From Leucoraja ocellata (Eukaryota), in NCBI GenBank assembly GCA_036785375.1, contig JAWMAR010000541.1, positions 558,001 through 622,000 on the forward strand: a stretch of DNA of 64,000 nucleotides, read 5' to 3'. The translations under genes were made by a program, and so were the position numbers. This document shows positions 10,635 through 23,452 of this stretch, piece by piece (within the stretch, counting starts at the first letter, position 1; each line of letters starts with the position of its first letter). The notes under the pieces were generated by a model. The model saw nothing but the letters and a program-made list of their open reading frames with translations. It searched no databases and was not told where the DNA came from.

Positions 10635-13600
10635 TATAGAAACATAGAAAGTAGGTGCAGGAGTAGGCCATTCGGCCCTTCGAGCCTGCACCGCCATTCA
10701 ATATGATCATGGCTGATCATCCAACTCAGTATCCTGTACCTGCCTTCCCTCCATACTTTATGTTGATCCCTTTAGCCACAAGGGCCACATCTAACTCCCT
10801 CTTAAATATAGCCAATGAACTGGCCTCAACTACCCTCTGTGGCAGAGAACAGAGATTCACCACTCTCTGCGTGAAAAATGTTTTCCTCATCTTGGTCCTA
10901 AAAGATTTCCCCCTTATCCTTAAACTGTGACCTCTTGTTCTGGACTTCCCCAACATCGGGAACAATCTTCCTGCATCGAGCCTGTCCAACCCCTTAAGAA
11001 TTTTGTAAGTTTCTATAAGATACCCCTCAATATTCTAAATTCGAGCGAGTACAAATCGAGTCTATCCAGTCTTTCTTCATATGAAAGTCCTGACATCCCA
11101 GGAATCAGTCTGGTGAACCTTCTCTGTACTCCCTCTATGGCAAGAATGTCCTTCCTTAGATTAGGAGACCAAAACTACACAATACTCCAGGTGTGGTCTC
11201 ACTGGGACCCTGTACAACTGCAGTAGAACCTCCCTGCTCCTATACTCAAATCCTTATGCTATAAATGCCACCCAGGTTTCGTTGCATCTCCCCTTTTCCT
11301 AATCGGCCACCATTTAGATAATAGTCTACGTTCCTGTTTTTGCCACCAAAGTGGATAACCTCACATTTATCCACATTATACTGCATCTGCCAAACATTTG
11401 CCCACTGACCCAGCCTATCCAAGTCACCTTGCATCCTCCTAGCATCCTCCTCACAGCTAACACTGCCCTCCAGCTTCGTGTCATCCGCAAACTTGGAGAT
11501 GTTGCATTCAATTCCCTCATCCAAATCATTAATATATATTGTAAATAGTTGGGGTCCCAGCACTGAGCCTTGCGGTACCCCATTAGTCACTGCCTGCCAT
11601 TGTGAAAAGGACCCTACTCCTACTCTTTGCTTCCTGTCTGCCAGTCTCTCTATCCACATCAAAACTGAACCCCCAATACCGTGTGCTTTAAGTTTGTATA
11701 CTAATCTCTTATGTGGGACCTTGTCGAAAGCCTTCTGAAAGTCCAGATATAACACATCCACTGGTTCTCCCTTATCCACTTTAGTTACATCCTCGAAAAA
11801 TTCTATAAGATTCGTCAGACATGATTTACCTTTCATAAATCCATGCTGACTTTGTCCAATGATTTCACCACTTTCCAAATGTGCTGCTATCCCATCTTTA
11901 ATAACTGATTCTAGCAGTTTCCCCACTACCGACATTAGACTAACTGGTCTGTAATTCCCCGTTTTCTCTCTCCCTCCCTTTTTAAAAAGTGGGGTTACAT
12001 TAGCTACCCTCCAATCCTCAGGAACTACTCCAGAATCCATAGAGTTTTGAAAAATTATCTCTAATGCATCCACTATTTCTGGGGCTACTTCCTTAAATAC
12101 TCTGGGATGCAACCTATCTGGCCCTGGGGATTTATCGGCCTTTAATCCATTCAATTTACCTAACACCACTTCCCGGCTAACCTGGATTTCACTCAGTTGC
12201 TCCATCTCATTTGACCCCCGGTCGTCTGCTATTTCCGGCAGATTATTTATGTCTTCTTTAGTGAAGACAGAATCAAAGTAGTTATTCAATTGCTGCCATG
12301 TCCTTGTTCCCCATGATCAATTCACCTGTTTCTGACTGCAAGGGACCTCCATTTGTTTTAACTAATCTTTTTCTCTTCACATATCTATAAAAACTTTTGC
12401 AGTCAGTTTTTGTGTTCCCTGCCAGTTTTCTTTCATAATCTATTTTCCCTTTCCTAATCAACCCCTTTGTCCTCCTCTGCTGGACTCTGAATTTCTCCCA
12501 GTCCTCTGGTAGGCTGCTTTTTCTGGCAAATTTATACGCTTCATCTTTTGTTTTGATACTATCCCTGATATCCCTTGTTATCCACGGATGCACTACCTTC
12601 CTTGATTTATTTTTTTGCCAAATTGGGATGAACAATTGTTGTAGTTCATGCATGCAGTCTTTAAATGCCTTCCATTGCATATCCACCGTCAACCCATTAA
12701 GAATCAATTGCCAGTCTATTTTGGCCAATTCACGTCTCATACCCTCAAAGTTACCTTTCTTTAAGTTCAGGACTCTTGTTTCTGAATTAACAATGTCACT
12801 CTCCACCCTAATGAAGAACTCAACCATATTATGGTCACTCTTGCCCAAGGAGCCACGCACAACAAGACTGCTAACTAACCCTTCCTCATTACTCAATACC
12901 CAATCTAATATAGCCTGCTCTCTCGTTGGTTCCTCTACTTGTTGGTTTAGAAAACTATCCCGCATACATTCCAAGAAATCCTCTTCCTCAGCACCCTTGC
13001 CAATTTGATTCACCCAATCTATATGTAGATTGAAGTCACCCATTATAACTGTTTTACCTTTGTTGCACGCATTTCTAATTTCCTGTTTGATGCCATCCCC
13101 AACTCCACTACTACTATTAGGTGGCCTGTACACAACTCCCACTAACGTTTTCTGCCCCTTAGTGTTTTGCAGCTCTACCCATACCGATTCCACATCCTCC
13201 AAACTAATGTCCTTCCTTTCCATTGCGTTAATCTCCTCTCTAACCAGCAACGCTACCCCACCTCCTTTCCCTTTCTGTCTATCCGTCCTGAATATTGAAT
13301 ATCCCTGGATGTTCAGCTCCCAGCCTTGGTCACCCTGGAGCCATGTCTCCGTGATCCCAACTATATCATAGTCATTAATAACTATCTGCACATTCAACTC
13401 ATCCACCTTATTACAAATGCTCCTTGCATTGAGATACAAAGCCTTCAGGCTTGTTTTTACAACACTCTTACCCCTTATACAATTATGTTGAAAAGTGGCC
13501 CCGTTTGATTTTTGCCCTGGATTTGTCTGCCTGCCACTTTTACTTTTCACCTTGCTACCTATTGCTTCTACCCTCATTTTACACCCCTCTGTCTCTCCGC

Positions 13601-14845
13601 TCACACATTTAAGAAACCCTTTCCCTTTAACACCATCCTCAACTATCCCATTTGACACCCCATCCTCCTTATTCAATTTAAAACCACCCGTGTAGCAGTG
13701 GCAAACCTGCCTGCCAGAATGCTGGTTCCACACCTGTTAAGATGCAATCCGTCCCTTTTGTACAGTTGCCCCTTACTCCAAAACACATCCCACTGATCTA
13801 AGAATCTAAATCCCTGCCCCATGCACCAGTTCCTCAGGCACACATTCAGGTCCCGTATCTCCCTGTTCCTGCTCTCGCCAGCACGAGGAACTGGAAGCAA
13901 ACTGGATATAACAACCCTGGAGGTCCTGCTTTTCAGCATTTTTCCGAGCTCTCTAAAATCACGCTGCAGAATATTCATCCCCTTCTTTCCGACATCGTTT
14001 GTGCCGACATGCACTACCACTTCCGGATGTTCACCTTCGCCCTTGAGGATTTTCTGCACTCTGTCCGTGATATCCTGGATCCTGGCACCAGGAAGGCAGC
14101 ACACCATCCTTGCATCCCGTCTGTTGCCGCAGAAACCCCTGTCCGTACCTCTCACAATGGAGTCGCCCACTACAATGGCGTTGCCTGATGTTGGCCTATT
14201 TGGTTTTGGCTCAACAGCCCTATTTGCTTCGCAAGCCAGTCCGTCGCTCAGTGTAAACACGTCTTTTGTCCCGACAGCTTCTAAGTGGGTGAACCTGTTC
14301 ACAAGGGGTACAACACCCGGGGATGTTTGCATTCCATGCTTCCCTCCCTTCCTCACTGTCTCCCACCTTCTCTCTTCCAGTATCTTAGGTGTAACAATCT
14401 TACTGTAGGACTTGTCGAGGAATGACTCAGTTTCTCGGACGAACCACAGGTCATCCACTTGCTTCTCCAGTTCCCCAACACGGCCCTTCAGGAGCTCTAC
14501 CTGGATGCACTTCTCGCATTTGTAGCAGCCAGAGGCACCAGCGGTGTCCTTGACCTCCCACATACTGCAAGCATCGCACTGAATCAGCTTGCCTGACATC
14601 TCCTTCTTTCGTCTCTCCCTCTGCAGTGTTTTGCGTAGCCTCCTCTCCGAAGTCTCTCAAGCCAAAGACTCGCACTTTACTCACAGGGCACTTCACTCAC
14701 TGCCGCTCCCTATGAACAGTCTTGCTTATATTGACTGATAAATTGCCTAATTTACCAATTTACAAAACAAATTCCTCAGTTTTCAACTGTTTTCCCTGCA
14801 CTGACTCACTTCTCTCCTCCCACTTGGGCTAGAGCCAATCAGTAT
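10635..14845 (-). mobile_element. Near full-length CR1 LINE (ORF1 esterase + ORF2 APE/RT)
   Basis: ORF1 13673-14599; APE 12282-13733 (YLNARSI, ITETWL, GDFN, SDHN); RT 11246-12289 ([21 protein letters not shown]); (tagaaaca)n tail at 10637-10650; frameshift ~12285 and a deletion ~11265. Confidence 0.93.
13673..14599 (-). CDS. CR1 ORF1p: N-terminal CxxC..CxxC zinc finger/coiled coil + SGNH(GDSL) esterase domain
   Basis: Intact 308 aa with IQCDAC...YKCEKC, VVGDSIVRG, HVGTND and RDGLHLN blocks. Confidence 0.85.
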   Translation of the reverse strand: MSGKLIQCDACSMWEVKDTAGASGCYKCEKCIQVELLKGRVGELEKQVDDLWFVRETESFLDKSYSKIVTPKILEERRWETVRKGGKHGMQTSPGVVPLVNRFTHLEAVGTKDVFTLSDGLACEANRAVEPKPNRPTSGNAIVVGDSIVRGTDRGFCGNRRDARMVCCLPGARIQDITDRVQKILKGEGEHPEVVVHVGTNDVGKKGMNILQRDFRELGKMLKSRTSRVVISSLLPVPRAGESRNREIRDLNVCLRNWCMGQGFRFLDQWDVFWSKGQLYKRDGLHLNRCGTSILAGRFATATRVVLN

Positions 14846-14854
14846 TTTCTCATA

Positions 14855-14951
14855 GGTTACACAAAAAAGCTGGAGAAACTCAGCGGGTGCAGCAGCATCT
14901 ATGGAGCGAAGGAAATAGGCAACGTTTCGGGCCGAAACCCTTCTTCAGACC
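14855..14951 (-). mobile_element. Solo 97-bp Penelope terminal fragment with 8-bp TSD
   Basis: Matches 23451-23542; ttctcata is duplicated at 14847-14854 and 14952-14959. Confidence 0.8.
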
Positions 14952-15751
14952 TTCTCATATCTTCTCCTGCTGTTGCTTCCAAATCTACAGCAGCTCTGAA
15001 TAAAGTCTGCCTATATGCTGGCTCCTGTTTGGACTCTGTATATAACTCCCATCAGTGTCTTTTTAACCGTGCAGTTGGGGTCAAGAGTGTTCACGTCGTG
15101 GCCCTGTTTCCACCAATCTTTCCACCACCAAGCACAAGAAGTGCAAGACTGACACCATTGTATGCAGATGCCGAGAAGTGTGTTCAGCTCTGGCTGAACA
15201 ACTAATCTTGTGTGTGGACTTGATAAGAAGAACTTGCAGTTTCTTAGCTCGACCCACAGAGATTCTACATCTTATTATCCTATGTCACCCCTTGCTATAG
15301 GTTGAATTTCATTCCTTACAATTTAGTTTAAAGCGCTATCATTGGCCCAGGATATGCGGTTCGTCAGGACCCTGGTCCCAGCAGGGTTCATGTGGACTCT
15401 GTTCCATCAGAACAGCTGCCTCCTTCCCCAATACCGATGCCAATGTCCCATGAATACAAACCCACTTTTTCCAATGCAATCTTTGAGCCATGTGTTCAAC
15501 TCGTTAATCTTCTCGACCCTACGCCAATTTGCTCATGGCTCAGGTAGAAATCCAGAGATTATTACTGATACTGTGGCAATGTGTCGAGGGATTATTGCAG
15601 TATTCTAGGATAGAACTGATTTATCCCAGGAGGGAAATTGATCTGCAACAGTCATAAAACACAAGAGACTTGAAATTAAAGTGATGAGTGGAAAAGATTA
15701 AGGATGTGCAAAGATTGGGGGGGGGGGGGGAGGAGTCGGTCTACCCCAGGT

Positions 15752-16260
15752 AAACTAGTCAAGAATATAAAGGAGGATATTAAAAGCTTCTTTAGGTATG
15801 TGAAGAGGAAAAAAAAAAGTTAAGACCAAAGTTGTATCCTGGAAGACTGAAAAAGGTGAATTTATGATGGGGAACAAGGAAATGGCAGATGAGTTGAACA
15901 GGTACTTTGGATCTGTCTTCACTAAGGAGGACACAAACAATCTTCTTGGTTTACTAGTGGCCAGAGGATCTGGGGTGACGGAGGAACTGAAGGAAATCTG
16001 CATTAGGCAGGAAATGGTGTTGGATAGACTGATGGGACTGAAGGCTGATAAATCCCCAGGGCCTGATGGTCTGCATCCCAGGCTCTAGATATCGTGGACA
16101 CATATGGTGATCATTTTCCAATATTCTATAGACTCAGGATCAGTTCCTGTGGATTGGAGGGTAACCAATGTAAACCCACTTTTTAAGAAAGGCGGTAGAG
16201 AGAAAACAGGGAATTATAGACCAGTTAGCCTGACATCGGTGGTGGGGAAGATGCCGACAT
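15752..16260 (+). mobile_element. CR1 ORF2 fragment
   Basis: MGNKEMADELNRYFGSVFTKED...ADKSPGPDGLHPR. Confidence 0.8.
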
Positions 16261-16657
16261 CAAAGGATCTTTCCGGAAGGTGAACCCTTAGAAAGCATCT
16301 ATCCCCAATGGTGTATCTTAAAAACTGTGGATAACAACTGGCTGGAGTTTTTGCAGACATCTTCTCACTACTCAGATCCAAGATCCCCACCTGCTGGTAG
16401 GACTGGTACCTTGACATGGCTGAATGACGACTGACTGGTGCCTGGTGGGTCCTCACTGGGGTTGTGAAGATAGATTTGTGGGTTGCAGACACCCTGGGGA
16501 CTGGAGGGATCACAGGGACTGGGAAACCAGGGGAGGAATCTTCAAGAGTGGTGTGGAGTCCCTGTTGCCCAGTGAGCTACCTCCAGTTGTTCAGTTGCCC
16601 TAAGCAGATGCCCCTCCTCCCCGGTTGAACCTCACTAACCTCCTTTTCTTTCTCCAG

Positions 16658-16800
16658 ACATTTCCTTGCTGACGTCCCCGGTGTCTCTGCCTCCAGACGC
16701 TGCGTCTCCACCGGGGGATCTGTACTTGTTACACAGACCACGGCTACATACTCCGTGATTGGATGCTGTACCAATAAACCCACAAATTAACCCACCAGCC
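16658..16800 (+). other. DAA: Probable terminal non-coding (3'UTR) exon of the MHC class II alpha gene
   Basis: Branch point cactaac (16633-16639), pyrimidine tract, tccag acceptor ending 16657, AATAAA at 16773-16778, then a GT/T-rich element. Unique sequence among TEs. Provides a partner for the donor at 1432. Confidence 0.65.
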
Positions 16801-17118
16801 GCCATCTCTGTCTGTTTATTGTTGGTTAATCATAGTTGTAATTATGTACAGCACATAAACAGGCCCATTGGCCAAACTCATCCATGTCAACCAAGGTGTC
16901 TTCCTGCACTAGTCTATTTACCTACGTTTGGCCCATAGACATGTACCATTCTATCCATGTACCTGTCCAAATGTCCTTTAAATATTGTTACTATACCTGC
17001 CTCAACAACCTCTACTGGCAGCTTGTTCCATATACACCATCCTCTGTGTGAAAATAGTTCCTCCTTGGAACCTCTCAGAATCCCCTCCAATAACTCAGCC
17101 AACAGCAATGTTAGACCC

Positions 17119-17432
17119 AAGGGCCTGTCCCACTGTACGAGGTAATTCAAGAGCCCTCCCAAGTTTAAAAAACAATCAAACTCGTAAGTACGTAGAATGT
17201 ACATAGCGGGTACGTTGGAGCTTGGGTCGTCTCTTAGCGGCCCGTAACGCTAACGGCAGGTACTCGGGAAACGTGGTAAGCTCATGAGGACTCGAAGATT
17301 TTTCAACACGTTGAAAAATGTCCACGAGAGCCCTGAGTACCTACGAGCGGCTATTACCGTAATTCTCCGAGTTCAAATCAGGGGAAACGCGGGAGAACTA
17401 TTGAATTACCTCGTACAGTGGGACTGGCCCTT
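17119..17432. mobile_element. MITE with 32-bp TIRs (PIF/Harbinger-like)
   Basis: aagggcctgtcccactgtacgaggtaattcaa (17119-17150) vs ttgaattacctcgtacagtgggactggccctt (17401-17432). Confidence 0.85.
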
Positions 17433-18549
17433 CACCTGTCAATAGTTCCCTGGCATGTCTTACTTAAATAACGATACTATATTCACTGCCATCCAGTATT
17501 CTGGTACCTCACCTCTGACAAAAGATGATGTAAATATCCCTAAAGGACACAAAGTGCTGGAGAAACACGACAGGTTAGACAACATCGCTGGAGATAGATG
17601 ACATTTTGGGTCGGATCCCTTCTACAGACTGACAGGGAAGGGGGAGGGGGGGAGAGGAAGGGTCTCAACCCCAAACTGTCCATGTTCTCCAGGAATTCTA
17701 CGTGACCCATTGAGTTACTCTAGCACTTTGTGTCCTTTTGTGTATTAACCAGCATCTGCAGTTCTTTTTCTTCCATACCTCCCCACAATGTCTGAGATAC
17801 ACTTGTCAGGCCCCAGAGATGTACGTGCCTCAAGACTCCTTTGTAATGTGGATACATTTCAGGACATCACGATTCTCATGACTGAATTGCCTCATTTCCA
17901 TGATGTTCATAATCTTCCAATGTAGAGATTTACAAAGATTCATTACATTTTTGGTGAAAAAAAACGTCCTTCACTCTTTTCAATGGCCAAACGCTTTGTC
18001 TGAGAAGGTTCCTCCTGGTCCTAGATTCCTCAACAGGAGAAAAATATCTCATTGTGTGGAAGAATTCAAAACATGTTTCACGAGTCCTCCCATCATCCTT
18101 CTAACCACTGGAGAATACAGTCCCAGTTTACTAAGTCACTTTTCACACCAACCCATCATCCATGGACCGTGAATCTTCACATTCCTTGTTTAAGAAAGAA
18201 CTGCAGATGCTGGAAAAATGGAAGGTAGACAAAAATGCTGGAGAAACTCAGCGTGTGAGGCAACATCTATAGAGCGAAGGAATAGGTGATGTTTCGGGTC
18301 GAGACCTCTTCTGCAGACTGCATTTATGTCAACCTTCACATTCCTTGTGGTTGGTACATCTTACAGATGGAGACCAAATCTGTCCACAATACTCCAGGCT
18401 TAGTCTCACCAAGGCCCTGGATGATTATATATGAATCGTTCCAAAGGAAGAACATGTTGGGTAAATCAGTCGATGGGGCCTGAGAACATGTCGGATAAAT
18501 AAAGAAACTCTTTTCACCAAATGATTTTGGGGAGCATTGTGATGTTGAA

Positions 18550-19946
18550 GAAAGGCGGGAGAGAGAAAACGGAATTATAGACCAGTTAGCCTGACATCGG
18601 TGGTGGGGAAGATGCAGGAGTCAATTATAAAAGATGAGATAGCCGCACATTTGGATAGCAGTAGCAGGATCGGTCTGGGTCAGCATGGATTTACGAAGGG
18701 GAAATCATGCTTGACTAATCTTCTGGAATTTTTTTGAAGCTGTAACCAGGAAAATGGACAAAGGAGAGCCAGTGGATGTAGTGTACCTGGACTTTCAGAA
18801 AGCATTTGATAAAGGTCCCACATAGGAGATTAGTGGACAAAAATAGGGCACATGGTATTGGGGGTGGAGTGCTGACATGGATAGAAAATTGGTTGGTAGA
18901 CAGGAAACAAAGAGTAGGGATTAACGGGTCCCTTTCAGAATGGCAGGCAGTGACTAGTGGGGTACCGCAAGGCTCGGTGCTGGGACCGCAGCTATTTACA
19001 ATATACATCAATGATTTGGATGAAGGCATTCAAAGTAACATTAGCAAATTTGCAGATGACACAAAGCTGGGTGGCAGTGTGAACTGTGAGGAGGATGCTA
19101 TGAGAATGCAGGGTGACTTGGACAGGTTGAGGGAGTGGGCAGATGCATGGCAGATGAAGTTTAATGCGGATAAATGTGAGGTTATCCACTTTGGTATCAA
19201 AAACAAGAAGGCAGATTACTATCTAAATGGCGTCAAGTTGGGAAAAGGGGAAGTACAACGGGATCTGGGGGTCCTTGTTCATCAGTCTATGAAAGTAAGC
19301 ATGCAGGTACAGCAGGCAGTGAAGAAAGCGAATGGCATGTTGGCCTTTATAACGAGGAATCGAGTATAGGAGCAAATAGGTCCTTCTGCTTTTGTACAGG
19401 TTGAGTATTGTGTGCAGTTTTGGTCCCCTAATTTGAGGAAGGACATTCTTGCTATTGAGGGAGTGCAACGTAGGTTTACAAGGTTAATTCCTGGGATGGT
19501 AGGAGTGGCATATGCTGAGAGAATGGAGCAGCTGGGCTTGTACACTCTGGAGTTTAAAAGGATGAGAGCGGATCTCATTGAAACATATAAGATTGTTAAG
19601 GGTTTGGACACGCCAGAGGCAGGAAACATGTTGCCGATGTTGGGGAAGTCCAGAACCAGGAGCCACAGTTTAAGAATAAGGAGGAAGCCATTTAGAATGG
19701 AGACGAGGAAACACTTTCCCACAGAAAGTTGTGTCTGTGGAATTCTCTGCCTCAAAGGACGGTGGAGGCAGGTTCTCTGGATGCTTTCAAGAGAGAGCTA
19801 TATGGGGCTCTTAAAAATAGCAGAGTCAGGGGATATGGGGAGAAGGCAGGAACGGGGTACTGATTGGGGATGATTGGCCATGATCACATTGAATGGCAGT
19901 GCTGGCTCGAAGGGCCGAATGGCCTCTACTCCTGCACCTATTGTCT
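18550..19946 (+). mobile_element. CR1 LINE, 5'-truncated (RT + 3'UTR)
   Basis: [10 protein letters not shown]...FADDTKLGG; QFWSPNLRKD; 3' end cctgcacctattgtcta. Confidence 0.9.
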
Positions 19947-19959
19947 AGATAGATAGATA

Positions 19960-20710
19960 GAATCTTTATTTGCCACGTAACCAGGGTTGGTGGTATGTGG
20001 GTTCGGTATATGATACTACGCTGCTTTAGTCACATTAACACATATAACAACACAGACCACAGTAATAAAGTGCATCCACACCACATCACAAATCACAAAT
20101 CTCACCAACAGAACATAGTGCAAAAGAACAGACAAAGACCATAGACAAGACACTGTATACATCAAGAGTCCTTAGTGTTGTCTGTCATTGGAGGGCTGGT
20201 CTGCGTTGATGTGACATTTTAGATTATGGCAGATGTAGGTGCCCAGAAACTTGAATGAGTTTGTGGAGGTTATGGGATGGGAGTTGACATGGACCAGGGG
20301 TTTGGGGTTTTGTTTGTGTCTGAAGTCTATGGTGATTTCTAAGGTTTTTGATGTATTAAGCTGGAGGTTGTTGTCTGCGCACCATTTGACTGCGCTGTCC
20401 ACTGTTTGATGGTATTGTGATTCGTTGTTGTCTGAGATGAGGCCAATTATTGTTGTGTCATCTGCATATTTGAAATTTTTGACTGAGCTGCATTGGGATG
20501 TGAGGTTGTTGGTGTAAAGTGAGAAGAGTTGAGGGGACAGAACGCACCCTTGGGGGGCTCCGGTGGAGAGTCAGAGGGCTGGAGAGTTTTCACCCACCTT
20601 GACTCTTTGCTGTCTGTTTGTCACAGTGCAGGATCCAATGGCACATGGCTGGGTGAATGCTCATGTCCAACAGTTTATTATAGAGTTTAATTGGGTGTAT
20701 GGTGTTAAAG
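19960..20710 (-). mobile_element. Rex1/Babar-like LINE fragment (rearranged)
   Basis: Minus-strand WCADNNLQLNTSKT; YADDTTIIGLIS and GAPQGCVLSP motifs around 20440-20560. Confidence 0.7.
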
Positions 20711-20984
20711 GCCGAGCCTATTGTATATTGTCTATTGAAAGAGTCTCCCAACGTCAAAAGATGGAGTAATAACAAGAATTTAGTCACATTAAACTATCTC
20801 AAGAGCGATGGAAGAATCATCTTGAGGAAGAGTCAGCAATAAATCATTCAGGTGCAAGTAGGTTATCACCTAGAATTTTGAACATTACAAGTCTGATCAA
20901 GGCTTTTGACATCAAAAAAGGAGGAACCGTGATCTCGCCTTCACTGTGATCCCTGATTCCCATTTCATCATGTCCCACTTCAAT

Positions 20985-22164
20985 GTGTCCCCACATCACC
21001 GTGTCCCCACATCACCGTGTCCCCCTGTCCCCACATCACCGTGTCCCCACATCACCGTGTCCCCCTGTCCCCACATCACCCTGTCCCCACATCACCGTGT
21101 CCCCCTGTCCCCACATCACCGTGTCCCCCTGTCCCCACATCACCCTGTCCCCACATCACCGTGTCCCCACATCACTGTGTCCCCCTGTCCCCACATCACT
21201 GTGTCCCCCTGTCCCCACATCACCGTGTCCCCCTGTCCCCACATCACTGTGTCCCCCTGTCCCCACATCACTGTGTCCCCACATCACCGTGTCCCCACAT
21301 CACCGTGTCCCCCTGTCCCCACATCACCGTGTCCCCCTGTCCCCACATCACCGTGTCCCCCTGTCCCCACATCACTGTGTCCCCACATCACCGTGTCCCC
21401 ACATCACCGTGTCCCCCTGTCCCCACATCACTGTGTCCCCCTGTCCCCACATCACCGTGTCCCCACATCACTGTGTCCCCCTGTCCCCACATCACTGTGT
21501 CCCCACATCACCGTGTCCCCACATCACTGTGTCCCCCTGTCCCCACATCACCGTGTCCCCCTGTCCCCACATCACTGTGTCCCCACATCACCGTGTCCCC
21601 CTGTCCCCACATCACCGTGTCCCCCTGTCCCCACATCACTGTGTCCCCACATCACTGTGTCCCCCTGTCCCCACATCACTGTGTCCCCCTGTCCCCACAT
21701 CACTGTGTCCCCCTGTCCCCACATCACTGTGTCCCCCTGTCCCCACATCACCGTGTCCCCACATCACCGTGTCCCCACATCACCGTGTCCCCACATCACC
21801 GTGTCCCCACATCACTGTGTCCCCCTGTCCCCACATCACCGTGTCCCCACATCACCGTGTCCCCACATCACCGTGTCCCCACATCACCGTGTCCCCCTGT
21901 CCCCACATCACCGTGTCCCCACATCACCGTGTCCCCCTGTCCCCACATCACCGTGTCCCCGTGTCCCCACATCACCGTGTCCCCACATCACCGTGTCCCC
22001 ACATCACCGTGTCCCCACATCACCGTGTCCTCCTGTCCCCACATCCCCCTGTCCCCACATCACCGTGTCCCCCTGTCCCCACATCACTGTGTCCCCCTGT
22101 CCCCACATCACTGTGTCCCCACATCACCGTGTCCCCCCGTCCCCTCATCACCGTGTCCCCACAT
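20985..22164. repeat. C-rich minisatellite built from two octamers (STGTCCCC, ACATCACY) in 16- and 24-bp units
   Basis: About 1.18 kb of gtgtccccacatcacc/t and gtgtccccctgtccccacatcacc/t. Confidence 0.97.
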
Positions 22165-23272
22165 TACATACCATTCGCCTTCTTTACTGCCTGCTGCACC
22201 TGCATGCCTACCTTCAATGACTGGTGTACCATGACACCCAGGTCTTTCTGCATCTCCCCCTTTCCTAATCGGCCACCATTCAGATAAGTCTACTTTCCTG
22301 TTCTTGCCACCAGAGTGGATAACCTCACATTTATCAACATTATATTGTATCTGCCATGCATTTGCTCACTCACCCAGCCTATCCAAGTCACCTTGCAGCC
22401 TCCTAGCATCCTCCACACAGCTAACACTGCCCCCCAGCTTCGTGTCATCCGCAAATTTGGAGATGTTGCATTCAATTTCCTCGTCCAAATCATTAATATA
22501 TATTGTAAATAGCTGGGGTCCCAGTACTGAGCCTTGGGGTACCCCACTAGTCACTGCCTGCCATTGTGAAAAGGACCCGTTTACTCCTACTCTTTGCTTC
22601 ATGTCTGCCAGCCAGTTCTCTATCCACATCAATACTGAACCCCCAGTTTGCTTTAAGTTTGTATACTAATCTCTTATGTGGGACCTTGTCGAAAGCCTTC
22701 TGAAAGTCCAGATACACCACATCCACTGGTTCTCCCCTATCCACGCTACTAGTTACACCCTCGAAAAATTCTATAAGATTCATCAGACATGATTTACCTT
22801 TCATAAATCCATGCTGACTTTGTCCAATGATTTCACCACTTTCCAAATGTGCTGCTATCCCATCTTTAATAACTGATTCTAGCAGTTTCCCCACTACCGA
22901 CGCTAGACTAACTGGTCTGTAATTCCCCGTTTTCTCTCTCCCTCCCTTTTTAAAAAGTGTGGTTACATTAGCTACCCTCCAAACCTCAGGAACTACTCCA
23001 GAATCTAAAGAGTTTTGAAAAATTATCACTAATGCATCCACTATTTCTGGGGCTACTTCCTTAAGTACTCTGGGATGCAGCCTATCTGTCCCTTTAATCC
23101 ATTCAATTCACCTAACACCACTTCCCGGCTAACCTGGATTTCACTCAGTTCCTCCATCTCATTTGCCCTCTGGTCCCCTGCTATTTCCGGAAGATTATTT
23201 ATGTCTTCCTTAGTGAAGACAGAACCAAAGTAGTTATTCAATTGGTCTGCCATGTCCTTGTTCCCCATGATC
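22165..23272 (-). mobile_element. CR1 RT fragment (same family as 10635-14845)
   Basis: High identity to 11270-12320; DFQKAFDKVPH and FADD motifs. Confidence 0.9.
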
Positions 23273-23452
23273 GCTACAGTATGCACCATATTGCACTATT
23301 TCAAGCTGAAAAATGCAAATGTTCCGTACCAATGGGAAGGGGACAATATACTGAATGATCATATTGAATGGCGGTGCAGGCTTGAAGGGCCGAATGGCCT
23401 ACTCCTGCACCAAATTTCTATGTTTCTTCAGAAAGGAGGTGAGGAGGAAGTT

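Noticed and set aside
13673-14599. Cellular GDSL/SGNH lipase gene (also 31645-32577, 56669-57361)
   Set aside because: Intronless, directly upstream of APE-RT ORF2 and multicopy: it is CR1 ORF1.
20946-22287. Three 400+ aa Pro/His/Cys-rich ORFs
   Set aside because: All three frames are open only because the minisatellite unit lacks stop codons; no gene context.
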